Origin: Octopus vulgaris
Taxonomy: Eukaryota
NCBI GenBank assembly: GCA_951406725.2
Contig: OX597827.1
Coordinates: 14,074,001 to 14,138,000, forward strand
Direction: 5' to 3'
Length of the DNA: 64,000 nt
A model generated the notes under the pieces. That model did no database searches and was not told the DNA's origin. It was given only the letters and a program-made list of their open reading frames with translations. A program made the translations under genes and the position numbers. This document shows, piece by piece, positions 13,836-24,704 of the stretch (position 1 is its first letter; every line of letters starts with the position of its first letter).

Positions 13836-14130
13836 CATATATATACATAGATAGATATGTATATGCATACATTAAATTCTCCCATCACTAAACAATGGAT
13901 GAGGGCTCTGCAATTGCTTGCTGAACAACCACACAGATGATTTTGTTTATAGTGATCAAATATCTGTGCACGCATAAGCTCACTCCCTCGATTAGATCGA
14001 CATTGCTTGTACAGGTGCACAAGAATGCCACGTGAGGATGTTGAAATAATCACAAAGCAGCTTACGATGAAGTGTTTTTTTGCTGAAGAACACAAATCAC
14101 TACTTGGTCAGAGAATTGAAACCGGGATCC

Positions 14131-14503
14131 GGGACCCCCTTCGGTCACGACACTGACCATGGGATTGCACCTAGAAAGTTACCCTCCTAGTCACAAGTCC
14201 GGGCAAGGTTGTTTATGGAAGACCAGCAGTCGCCCATGCATACCGGCCTCCCTCTCCATGCCACCAGTGTTATCCAAGGGAAAGGCAAAGGTCGATACAG
14301 CTTGGCACTCGTGACGTCGCATTTCTACAGCTTAGTGAACTGGAGCAACGTGAAACAAAGTATCTTGCTCAAGAACACAACATGCAGCCCGGTCCGGGAT
14401 TAAGTGTCTTGCTCAAGAACACAACACGCAGCCCAGTCCGGGATTCAAGCTCACAACCTCACGATTGTAAGCTCGACGCTCTAACCACTGAGCCATGCGC
14501 CTT
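14131..14503 (-). mobile_element. tRNA-derived SINE family E
   Basis: Minus strand starts ggcgcatggctcagtggttagagcgtcgagc; ttgagcaagacactt...ttgctccagttcact body; ~40-bp internal duplication (14363-14445); homologous to 48667-48972. Confidence 0.85.
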
Positions 14504-14640
14504 CTGAAACCACAATCTTGCAATCATGGGTATAACACCCTAAACACTAATACCTACAAACATGCATGCACACATATTTATATGCGTGTATTAATGTTTA
14601 TGTGTACATGTCTATATGTGTACATATATATGTGTATATA

Positions 14641-14863
14641 AGGCGGCAAGCTGGCAGGATCGTTAGCAAAATGCATAGCCGTATTTCGTCTGCCTTTACG
14701 TTCTGAGTTCAAATTCCGCCGAGGTCGACTTTGCCTTTCATCCTTTCGGGGTCGATAAGTTAAGTACCAGTTATGTACTTGGGTCGATGTAATCAACTTA
14801 ATACCTTTGTTCTGTCCTTGTTTGTCCCCTCTATGTTTATCCCCTTGTGGGTAATAAAGAAAT
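14641..14863 (+). mobile_element. SINE family B
   Basis: aggcggcaagctggcag head, GAGTTCAAATTCC box B, gcctttcatcctttcggggtcgataa central motif (resembles the Meta/Sauria-SINE central domain, from memory), ccccttgtgggtaataaagaaa tail. Confidence 0.9.
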
Positions 14864-14880
14864 ATATATGTGTATATATA

Positions 14881-14921
<41 letters not shown>

Positions 14922-14948
14922 ATATATATGTGTGTATATATATATATA

Positions 14949-15100
14949 TCATCATCATCATCATCATCATCATCGTTTAACGTCCGCCTTCCATGCTAGC
15001 ATGGGTTGGACGGTTCAACTGGGGTCTGGCAAGCCCGAAGGCTGCACCAGGCCAGTCAGATCTGGCAGTGTTTCTACAGCTGGATGCCCTTCCTAACGCC
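14949..15100 (-). mobile_element. family C, 5'-truncated
   Basis: (cat)n tail followed by the C body up to ccttcctaacgcc. Confidence 0.85.
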
Positions 15101-15104
15101 TTCC

Positions 15105-15135
<31 letters not shown>

Positions 15136-15189
15136 GTATATGTGTGTGCATATTTATATATTTATAAATGCACACACATACATATATAT

Positions 15190-16094
15190 ACTAGCAAACG
15201 CAGCCATCTTTTGGACGGTTTAAGTTGCTTTAGTGGTATTTTTTTCACCAAATAATAATTGAATTCCAGAGAAGGTTTATGAGTAGTACGGCAATTTATG
15301 TTTCTGATTAACCTAAGAATGGAAAATCAAATTGAAGGCTGGTTATTGTGGAGGAGGTCATTGCACTTTAATGATCATAGAACATATAAGTTTGCAAGAG
15401 ATGCAAAGTAGAGCGACTGAAGTGTTTTGGGTGTAGGTTACGGCTAATGACTACAAGATATAGTTGTTTTACATGAATGCGAAATTTCTTGTCAGAAACA
15501 ACCACATAAAGACATTGAAACTTCCCCCTTTGCATGTTTATTTTATTCTACAGCAAAGGAGCTATTTTTCAGTGAGATAAACTAACAAAAGCCTCTTTAT
15601 TCTGTCTTCCAACATAGCCTGCACATAAACTAACAGCAAATGCTGCATAAAGTTAAATTGGTATGGAGCTTTCTGAAAGATATGTATAGCTTTTGCTAGT
15701 GGAAGCAAAACTCTTATTTAAAGGTTGATTCTTTGGGATGAATCAGATCTGATTGCTTAAAAAAGGCTAGATCAACAATGCTAAAATGTATTTTAAATAA
15801 TGGACAATAGTCAAAATATCATGATGGATGGGTAAATAGGAAACCTTGAAGTGAAACAACGCATTAGTAGGTAAATAAAGGTATCAACAAATAAAAGAAA
15901 GATAAGGGAACATCACCTTTCGAGTAACTCAGAATAGGTAAAGGTAAGCTTGCCAAAGTTTAATATGGAAATTAAGATTGTTTGGTATTGGATATTCATT
16001 ACATATAGTGTTCCTAGTCAATTTAATCACTGTCACAGGTGGGCAGTCGAAATAAATAAATAGACGAAATCCTTTCATTTTTATATACGTAGAT
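15190..16094 (+). mobile_element. putative Helentron-associated non-autonomous element (HINE/DINE-1-like)
   Basis: Starts actagcaaacgcagccatc with a short hairpin and ends ctttcatttttatatacgtagat; the termini resemble those at 54583-54974. Confidence 0.45.
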
Positions 16095-16180
16095 CTGTAG
16101 GTATCGAAACATTTGCAGTGGTCATTAAAAAGCTACCTAACCATACTTACTCTTCCTTTTGACTCTTTTACTCTTTACTT

Positions 16181-16211
<31 letters not shown>

Positions 16212-16219
16212 ATATATAC

Positions 16220-16258
<39 letters not shown>

Positions 16259-16632
16259 AACACACACACACACACACGCATATATATATATATATATATA
16301 TTAAATTAGAGATAAAACCACTATTAGGCAAATCAAACAGTGAAAAACATAAACCAATAAATAGAAATAAAATTAATTAATATAATATACAAAATATATA
16401 AAATATAAAATTCAAAATTTAAATTATTTAAATTTAAAGTTAAAATTTTAAAATTATTTATATTATTAATTTATACTTATAAAATTAAATATTTAAAAAT
16501 ATATATAAATTATTAATCGAGTTATCTCGTTACTTATAAATTTTACATATATATCAATATATATATACCCAGGTATCGGTTAAATAAATTATCCATGCTG
16601 ACGATAAACATAGGATAATTCATTCACCTACT

Positions 16633-16663
<31 letters not shown>

Positions 16664-16694
16664 TTCTTTATGCCCATATATATATATATATATA

Positions 16695-16880
16695 TAATGG
16701 GCTTCCACACAATTTCTGTCAATCACCAAATTCCCTCACAAGGCATTGTACGGGCCTGAGCTTATAATGAACGCCTCTTACCCAAAGTGCCACACAGCAG
16801 GACTGAACCCAAAATTACATGGCTACAAAGCAAGCTTCTTAACCACATAACCATACCAACATCTACCACACAGCCATGCT
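16695..16880 (-). mobile_element. SINE family A head (diverged)
   Basis: gggcttcc...ctcacaaggcattg...ggactgaaccc...aaccaca. Confidence 0.7.
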
Positions 16881-17597
16881 TTGCTCCATTACCATTTATA
16901 TTTGTTATGTTATTTTTACTAACGTTTTACCTCTAATTAAAATTTTTTCTTTAAGTTGGCAATTCTCAATCTAGAATGTTATCAAATTAAAATATTCATC
17001 TTGCTCTATCATTCCTTTTTGGTCATCTCCTTGAAACAGTTTAAAAATTTACAAGTAAAATCAGCTGACACCTTATGTGACCAGTCCCTTAATCATAACT
17101 TCTCGAATTTTCTAATTCCCATTAACTAACTCTCAAAATATTTTTCTATGTATACTCTTTGAAATCTTACTTCAGTAATCATACTCATACATTTAGAAAC
17201 CTCCTTAAACAAAGTAATGATAATGAAACGTCTTTGTCTTGCTTCATCTGGGAACTGAAAAATTAAATTCAACTAATAACATAAAACTGAAGCATATTGT
17301 CAATATTTTATTGGATTTATTTTTTAACCAAGATATCAAGCATATGATTAATTTCTCAAGTTGAGAATTTTAGATATTTTTTCTTTTATATTGTTTACCT
17401 GATTTTTATCTTAATCCAACACTTTTTGGTTTTTAGAGCTAATCTTAAGAGCTTGTTCTTAGTTAATATGTTACCTTACACATTTTTGTTTACAAAAATT
17501 GAAAATCAGACTCTAGTTTGGCATCTTCAGATACCATTAGCATTATATATATATATATAGCTATATATGTAAATTTATCTATATAAGTATATATGTA

Positions 17598-18330
17598 TGG
17601 AAAAAATAATAAGTAGAAAATAGGTGTTGTGATCAAAGCTTTATTGGACACACACATGTTTCATCAAACTGCCAACATAATTACGCAACAGCAGTAGAAA
17701 CATTATGCAATGATACATTTCACCTCATCAGTGTTCTGCCATGAATTCAACAATCACTGTTGAAACTCCAAATATATACATTACTCCCCATTATGCAAAT
17801 AATGAACCACCTCTCATGTCACGAAAAATAGCAGTCAAAGCATCATACAAAGGAAGTCTTAACAATGGTAAGAGAGAGAGAGAGAGAGAGAGAATAAAGA
17901 GAAGGGGGAGAGAGAAAAAAGAGAGCATGAGGAGCACTTATCAAACCATACATTGTTTCTCTTTTCCTCTTCCTTCCCCCATCTCCTCTATCATTATTAC
18001 TATTTTTCTGCTCTTCGTCTCTTTCTGTAGTCAGTCTTGCCCTTCTTTTCTCTACCTCCCCCATTTCATATATACACATATCATTGATCTTCACCACACT
18101 TTATCCACCATTCACTACACCCACTCCCCAACCCAATCTCTACAGTCATCACCTACTCTTCCCAACATTCCACTTGTTCTTCATTCGTTATACTCACCCT
18201 CCCCCTCCCATTACCCAACTCCAATTATCTCTCGCTCTCATCATACATTTTCACAACCTCTACCCACCCCCACACTCTATTCTTCTTTCCCCACTCATGT
18301 CTACTCACCTCATACTTTGAGGGACCACTC
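17598..18330 (-). mobile_element. probable Penelope-like terminal region
   Basis: Minus strand has acaCTGATGAggtg...gatGAAAcatgtg followed by AATAAA (17638-17735), next to a long strand-biased low-complexity tract. Confidence 0.4.
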
Positions 18331-18406
18331 TGACACCTCAAATAGCTCCTCCATAAATTTGCTACCATTTCTTTCCTGCTCTTTCTTGCACTCTTGCTGT
18401 CTCCTA

Positions 18407-18442
<36 letters not shown>

Positions 18443-18444
18443 TT

Positions 18445-18496
<52 letters not shown>

Positions 18497-18649
18497 CTCT
18501 CCCCTGGTAACTATGTACCTCCTCTACAGCAAGACACCTGTTTCTGTCTTGCAGTCTCACTATAACCTTTCATCATCTGACACACAATCATCTCCTCCAA
18601 TGCTCCCACCCCTCTCAAAGGATCTTTGTCTTACAAGTAACTCGGTGAC

Positions 18650-19002
18650 CCTATCAGTGCTGGTGCCATGCAAAAAAGCATCCAGTCCACACTGTAAAGT
18701 GGTTGGCATTTGGAAGGGCATCCAGCTGTAAAAAAAACCTTGCCAAAACTGACCTCGCCTGTGCTTGTGCCACATAAAAAGCACTCAGTCCACTCTGTTG
18801 GGTGGTTGGTGTTAGGAAGGGCATCCAACTGTAAAAACCCTGCCAAAACAGACACAGCAGTCTGGTGCAGGCCCCTATCTAGCCAGCTCCTGTCAAACCA
18901 TCCAACTCATGCCAGCATGGACATTAAACAACAACGACAACGATGATGATGATGATGATGATGATGATGGTGGTGGTGATGGTGGTGGTGATGATGATGA
19001 TG
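18650..19002 (+). mobile_element. family C (diverged, internal duplication)
   Basis: Two ggaagggcatcca units and a (gat)n/(ggt)n tail. Confidence 0.75.
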
Positions 19003-19949
19003 CATATAACAAAAATCCTGTTCTGTTCTAACCCCTTATCTCATACTTTAACTTCTCAGCCCCTCAAATAGATCCACCTCAGTCTCCACTGTAGACCCCA
19101 CTAAGTCAAAGAGGATTGTAGTCTTGCATGTTGCATGGCGACTCCACTTGTGCTGATGTCACAAAACAAGGCCAACTAGATATGAATAGTGCCTATGCTA
19201 GAAGTAGATGTCCAAATGCCTACAATCCACTCTAAAAATTGTTCTCTATAATCGACCACAGGTACAAACGCAAGGAAATAAGCAAGAAAATATAAAGTTA
19301 TGGATAATTCTATACCTCGAGATTTCACGTTCTGCAAAAAATTGCTTTGCCATCTTCAGAAGAAATATATTTCTTGCTCATAGGCATAGGCGCCTGTCAT
19401 ATCTGGTAGCCCTTATTGTAATTATATTTTTGTAATTATATACATAAATTTAATTTAGATTTAAATGTTTCCATTAACGCACACACTATCATCATCAACT
19501 ATGTAATATAGCTGCTCACTTTTCACTACTGACTTACGTTTTCAATTAATCTTTTTATATGGCAACCCACACTAATGGCTTTTAACAAACCTTCTCTTCC
19601 AACATATTGAATTTAATTTATTCAGTCTAAGTTATTTGTGTATTCTCCAAATATGGACCATAACTGTCTTCTATAAATCTTTTACTTCATCTTGTTTACT
19701 TTTTATCTCTCCTTCCCTCTCGTATGCATTATATTTATTGAAATATTTTGCTTTCATCTCAATGTCTGATAACATCCCAGTTGGACCAAAACAGTCAAAA
19801 CAGTTTGCAATGTAAAGCTTTCATTTTCATAAATATTTTCACTCTTCACAAATGCTTTGAGCATTTAATTATCATATTGACTTAATTAGATTTTTTCAAC
19901 TAACACTCTTCTAAACATTACATACATGCATACATACACACATATATAC

Positions 19950-20463
19950 ATGGTGGCTGCCCCTTCGTTATCGAGTATGGCCATTACACGAAGCTTAATC
20001 AATGTTGTTATCGTGCAATGCCTGTGCAAGAAGATTTTTTTTTAAAGTGAGGAAAGGCTGTGCACTGAGTCAATCCCACTCACTAAGCAACAGCAGCCAT
20101 AATCCGAAAAGAAGAACAAGTCAACAACATCGGTAACCACTGAGCCGCAGGTTTTATGTCGGAGTTATCCCAGTTACCTGAGTTGCCTTCTCCTAGAAGG
20201 ATGCCCTGACAAAGGCTAGGAGTCCTTTACTCCCAATGGTTTAACTGCGCGATCGGGTATTCAGTCCGATTATTTCTATGTCCCCGCACATGATCCAACC
20301 TTAATTGGATGGCCGTTTTGTTTTTCATCCCACAGGGTGTCCAATAAACACCCTCCTCACCAAGCAAGCTTGGTGGGGTTGCCGGTTTAGTCGCCGACGA
20401 CCCGACCATGCAACAGGTTGCACAGGGTTACATGTTACCAGTAGCACTCAAAAGTGACCTGAC
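19950..20463 (-). mobile_element. non-autonomous bipartite RTE-related element
   Basis: Minus strand has an RTE 5'UTR-like motif (cttctaggagaaggcaactcag), an RTE-like 3' end (ccatactcgataacgaagggcagcca), no ORF, and sits in (CATA)n. Confidence 0.6.
20382..20459 (-). ncRNA. HDV-like ribozyme candidate at the element 5' end
   Basis: Order on the minus strand: P1 ggtcac / P2 cctgt / P3 gca / L3 acctgt / P3 tgc / P1 atggtc / gg / P4 gtcg-tcgg-cga / CTAA / P2 accgg. Mismatches in P1 and P2. Confidence 0.5.
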
Positions 20464-20484
20464 ATACATACATACATGTATCTT

Positions 20485-21180
20485 CCAGATATCATCTTCC
20501 CATGAGGCATAATGCAGTGGCCAAAACAGTCTAGAACAGGATGACAAAAAAGAAAATACCTACAAAGTTGACCATATTGAGATCGATGGGTCAAAAGAAT
20601 ACTGGAAGAACTTACAAATTAAAACAACCACTAAGCTAAAGCACAACTGGCCAGATATCATTGTGGAACCACAAAGAAAGATATGTTCTACAGTTCTATA
20701 TTTAAGAGATGAGGAATTATGTACATTATTTACATTATTTACATTCGGCGGCTATTTGTCCTCAGCTTCTTTGTTGTTAACACAATGTTTCAGCTGATAT
20801 ACCCTCCAGCTTTCTTCAGGTGTCTTGGGGCTCTCATTCCTAAGGTATTTTTCAATGTAATTATTATTATTGTTGTTGTTGTTGTATACAGTAAAAGATA
20901 TGTTCTGTTGTGGAAATCAGCTGCCCTCTGGACAAGAATGTGGTTAGCAAAACATATTATCATTATTAATAAGGAGTCTGCAAATCCAGTACCCAAAATA
21001 TAGTTCCAGTTTCAAACCCATCATTATTGGAATAACAGGATACATACCAACCTGTCTGGAGCAAAGTATGGCTGAACTTGGGATCTTGGGGAGAGAATGC
21101 AAATCCGTAAGTCAAATGCTACAAATGATCACAATATTTGGAACTATAAAAATCTACAAAACCTTCTTACGATTTTAAAG
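20485..21180 (+). pseudogene. R4/Dong-like non-LTR retrotransposon, restriction-like endonuclease C-terminus (decayed, interrupted)
   Basis: Frameshifted translations RHNAVAKTV, EYWKNLQIKTTTKLKHNWPDII, KICSVVEISCPLDKNVVSK, PIIIGITGYIP and QMITIFGTIKIYKTFL match the RH/PD..D/E..K RLE layout. Confidence 0.75.
20690..20893 (-). mobile_element. Penelope-like terminal fragment inserted in the RLE LINE
   Basis: Flanked by the 13-bp direct repeat aaagatatgttct (20677-20689, 20894-20906); homologous to 31508-31637; hammerhead-like core at 20779-20824. Confidence 0.7.
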
Positions 21181-21339
21181 GATGATGAGCAAAACAAGAT
21201 ACTTTCCTTCACAACCTTACTACCAAGTAGATGGCCAGTCGAAATTTACTCTAAAATTAAAAAGAGAAAGAGAACCTACACACACATGTATACACATGCA
21301 TACATATGTACATATATACATACAACATGTATCAAAATC

Positions 21340-21775
21340 AAAATCAAAATCAAAATCGATCAACATCAATGAAAATTGTAGCTGTGATGCCAGTGCCGGT
21401 GGCACATAAGAGAACCATCCGAACATGGCCATTGCCAGCGCCGCCCCGACTGGCCTCCGTGCCGGTGGCACGTAAAAAGCACCATCCAATCGTGGCCGTT
21501 GCCAGCCTCGCTTGGCATCCATGCCGGTGGCACTTTAAAAGCACCATCCGATCGTGGCCGTTTGCTAGCCTCGTCTGGCACCTGTGCCGGTGGCACATAG
21601 AAAGCACCCACTACACTCACGGAGTGGTTGGCGTTAGGAAGGGCATCCAGCCATAGAAACACTGACAGATCAGACTGGGCCTGGTGCAGCCTTCTGGCTT
21701 CCCAGACCCCAGTTGAACCATCCAACCCATGCCAGCATGGAAAGCGGATGCTAAACAATGATGATGATGATGATG
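21340..21775 (+). mobile_element. family C with internal ~63-bp VNTR
   Basis: Four (g/a)tgccggtggcac units at 21393, 21459, 21521 and 21584, then the C body and a (gat)n tail. Confidence 0.9.
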
Positions 21776-22249
21776 TATACATACATACAAAACACACACA
21801 CAGTCACCTACACACACACATGCATACATACATATTTACATACATACAATCTGTCCATGATCTCATAATTATGTCTAAGGGTGAATCTTTCTCCAGACAT
21901 CTTTAAAGTGTCAATTATTTGCCAAGAGCCTCAGTGGATGGATACTGAGAATTTTCTGTACAAAAACCATTAATGATTGTGTTAATCATCTGGAAATTGT
22001 CTATCTTAAGTAGTTTAAATTACTGCTCACAATCAAGCCTTATCCATCAACAGGAGAAATTGCAAAATTTTACATCAGCAAATTAATCCTTTTATAGTAT
22101 ATGCACTTATCTTAACCATATCCCATCTATTCAGGTTCAATTTATACATTAACACCATAGATAACTTTCTGTAAAGTGTTACACATGTATACACACCTCC
22201 CGAAGACCAGAAATATCACAAAATATTCAACTAGGCTATAATCATTAGC

Positions 22250-22590
22250 ACGTCGGGCTAACGTATGTAGCATCACCACGAACAGGTGTCTTCTACTATA
22301 GCTTTGGGCCAACCAAAGCCTTGTGAGTGGATCTGATAAACAGAAATTGAAAGGCGGCAAGCTGGCAGAAATGTTAGCACGCCAGGTGAAATGCTTAGCG
22401 GTAATTCGTCTGCCACTACGTTCTGACTTCAAATTCTGCCAAGGTTAACTTTGCCTTTCATCCTTTCGGGGGTCAATAAATTTAAGTACCAGTTACGCAC
22501 TGGGGTCGATGTAACCGACTTAAGCCCTTTGATGTCCTTGTTTGTCCCCTCTATGTTTAGCCCCCAGTGGGCAATAAAGAAATAAATAAA
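22250..22590 (+). mobile_element. chimeric SINE: family A 5' part fused to a full family B copy
   Basis: Junction ...ggatctgataaacagaaattgaaa|ggcggcaagctggcag near 22352. Confidence 0.75.
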
Positions 22591-23129
22591 TATTATGCCT
22601 TCCTTTTATCATGCAATTGTACTAACCTTACAATATTCCCTAAAAAGGTATTTCTTAGTACATTGGTTGTATGTTATTAGGAATAAAATGGCATCTAGCA
22701 ATTAGTTATATTAGGCTTCCAGCCAACAAATTTAAATCCAGGATTGATCAACACACTTGTTCTCTTAGAAATATTGCAGTTGATCATTGAATCTCCAAAA
22801 CATTAACAATTTCATAAGCAAGTGGGAAATATTAAACCATGTCAAGCTTTATATGCAAAATGAATATTTCAACATCTGTACCACAGAAATTATTTTCATT
22901 ATTTCATAATAATACCATCATGAATAGATTTAGTATTATTTTGATTGCAAGACAATCAAAATACCAATTAGAAAACTTTAAACCAATGATTAACAACCTT
23001 TGCCTTCATCCTCAGAATTTTTACTAATGTTTTCTTTTTTTTCTTTCTACATTTCTTAAACGTTTTTGATTGATTGACTGATTGAGGTTTATGTTCCTTT
23101 ACACAATTTGATTATATTATTGACACTCG

Positions 23130-23350
23130 TAAAGGCATCAAACTGACAGAGATATTCACACATTTGACAAAAAGCTTAGTGGTATTTCTTCTGGTTCTGT
23201 TCATTCTGAGCTCAAATTCTGCCAAGATTTACATTGTCGTTAATCATTTTAGGGTCAATAAAGTAAGTATTAGTAGGGCACCGGGGACAATGTAATTGAC
23301 ATCTCCCTCCCCTAAAATAGCTGGTTCCGTGCCAAAATTTGTTACCATCA
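23130..23350 (+). mobile_element. SINE family B (old, diverged)
   Basis: ttctgagctcaaattctgcc...agggtcaataaagtaagta. Confidence 0.6.
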
Positions 23351-24035
23351 TAGAGAATTTTACATATCAGTATATGTAGATATGAATGTGTGTATGTATG
23401 TACATAAGCATGTATGTGTATACATACATACATAATACATTCATACATACATACATACATACATACATACATACATACATACATACATACATACATACAT
23501 ACATACATACATACATACATACATACATGCATACGTACATACATACATACATACATACATACATACATGTGTGTATGTGTGAGTGTGTCCATATTCATTA
23601 TGTCGTTTTTTTCACCTACTTTCTTAGGCAGCCTTCCCACTGTTTTCAGCTGTCATCACCTCTGCTAATTACTTAATTACTGCATGCCTTAGTAATCATT
23701 CATGATTTACTAAACGATACATTCTTGAAGGTCAATCTCTTCTTGACCTAAATGTATTTTTGCCAAAAATTTTAGATGTAACCTCTACTGGCTTCAAATA
23801 TTTATCAAGAAAAGTAACTTATTAACGAGCATTCACACAAACAATCATTAAATATACAATATCCATAAAACCCTTATGATCAACATTTGTCTAAGTCCCG
23901 CAAATTATAATCACTGCAAAAAAAAAACAAAAAAAACATTAATTCAAGAAATTCCCGGCATGCAGTCCTGTCATGCATTTTCCATTATTTCCTGTTCTTT
24001 GTGGTTGAAGACATTCAAAATTTAAATAGGTCTAT

Positions 24036-24488
24036 ATCTCTTTCTCTTTTATCTCTTTTACTTGTTTCAGTCATTTGACTGCGGCCATGCTGGAGCACCG
24101 CCTTCAGTCGAGCAAATCGACCTCGGGACCCACTCCTTGTAAGCCCAGTACTTATTCTATCGGTCTCTTTTGCCGAACCGCTAAGTGACGGGGATGTAAA
24201 CACACCAGCATCGGTTGTCAAGCAATGCTAGGGGGACAAACACACACACACAAACACACACACATACACACATATATATATATATATATATACATATATA
24301 CGACAGGCTTCTTTCAGTTTCCGTCTACCAAATCCACTCACAAGGCATTGGTCGACCCAGGGCTATAGCAGAAGACACTTGCCCAAGATGCCAGGCAGTG
24401 GGACTGAACCCGGAACCATGTGGCTGGTTAGCAAGCTATTTACCACACAGCCACTCCTGCGCATAGCTACTTACCACACAGCCACTCC
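24036..24488 (-). mobile_element. SINE family A, full length
   Basis: Complete A consensus on the minus strand. Confidence 0.92.
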
Positions 24489-24704
24489 TGAACATATATT
24501 TATGTTCTTTTATGAAATTTGCATCTTCTTTTTTGTCATTTCCAATTTTTTATTTCTCTATTTGTTCCAACTATTAAACTGCCGGCCATACTGTGGCAAT
24601 GCCTTGAGAAATTTTTTTCTTGAATGAATTGACTCCAGTACTTACTTCTTTTTTCTCTTTTTTGGTTAAGCCTGGTACTTATCTTATCAGTTTCTTTTAC
24701 CAAA

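Noticed and set aside
17741-18565. 274-aa plus-strand ORF
   Set aside because: It crosses (GA)n and (CT)n tracts and C/T-rich low-complexity sequence that is naturally stop-poor; no domain recognised.
21393-21610. CRISPR-like array of palindromic repeats with spacers (also at 41822, 57710 and 63712)
   Set aside because: The spacers are homologous to each other, the array is inside a (GAT)n-tailed retroposon, there are no cas genes, and the context is eukaryotic.
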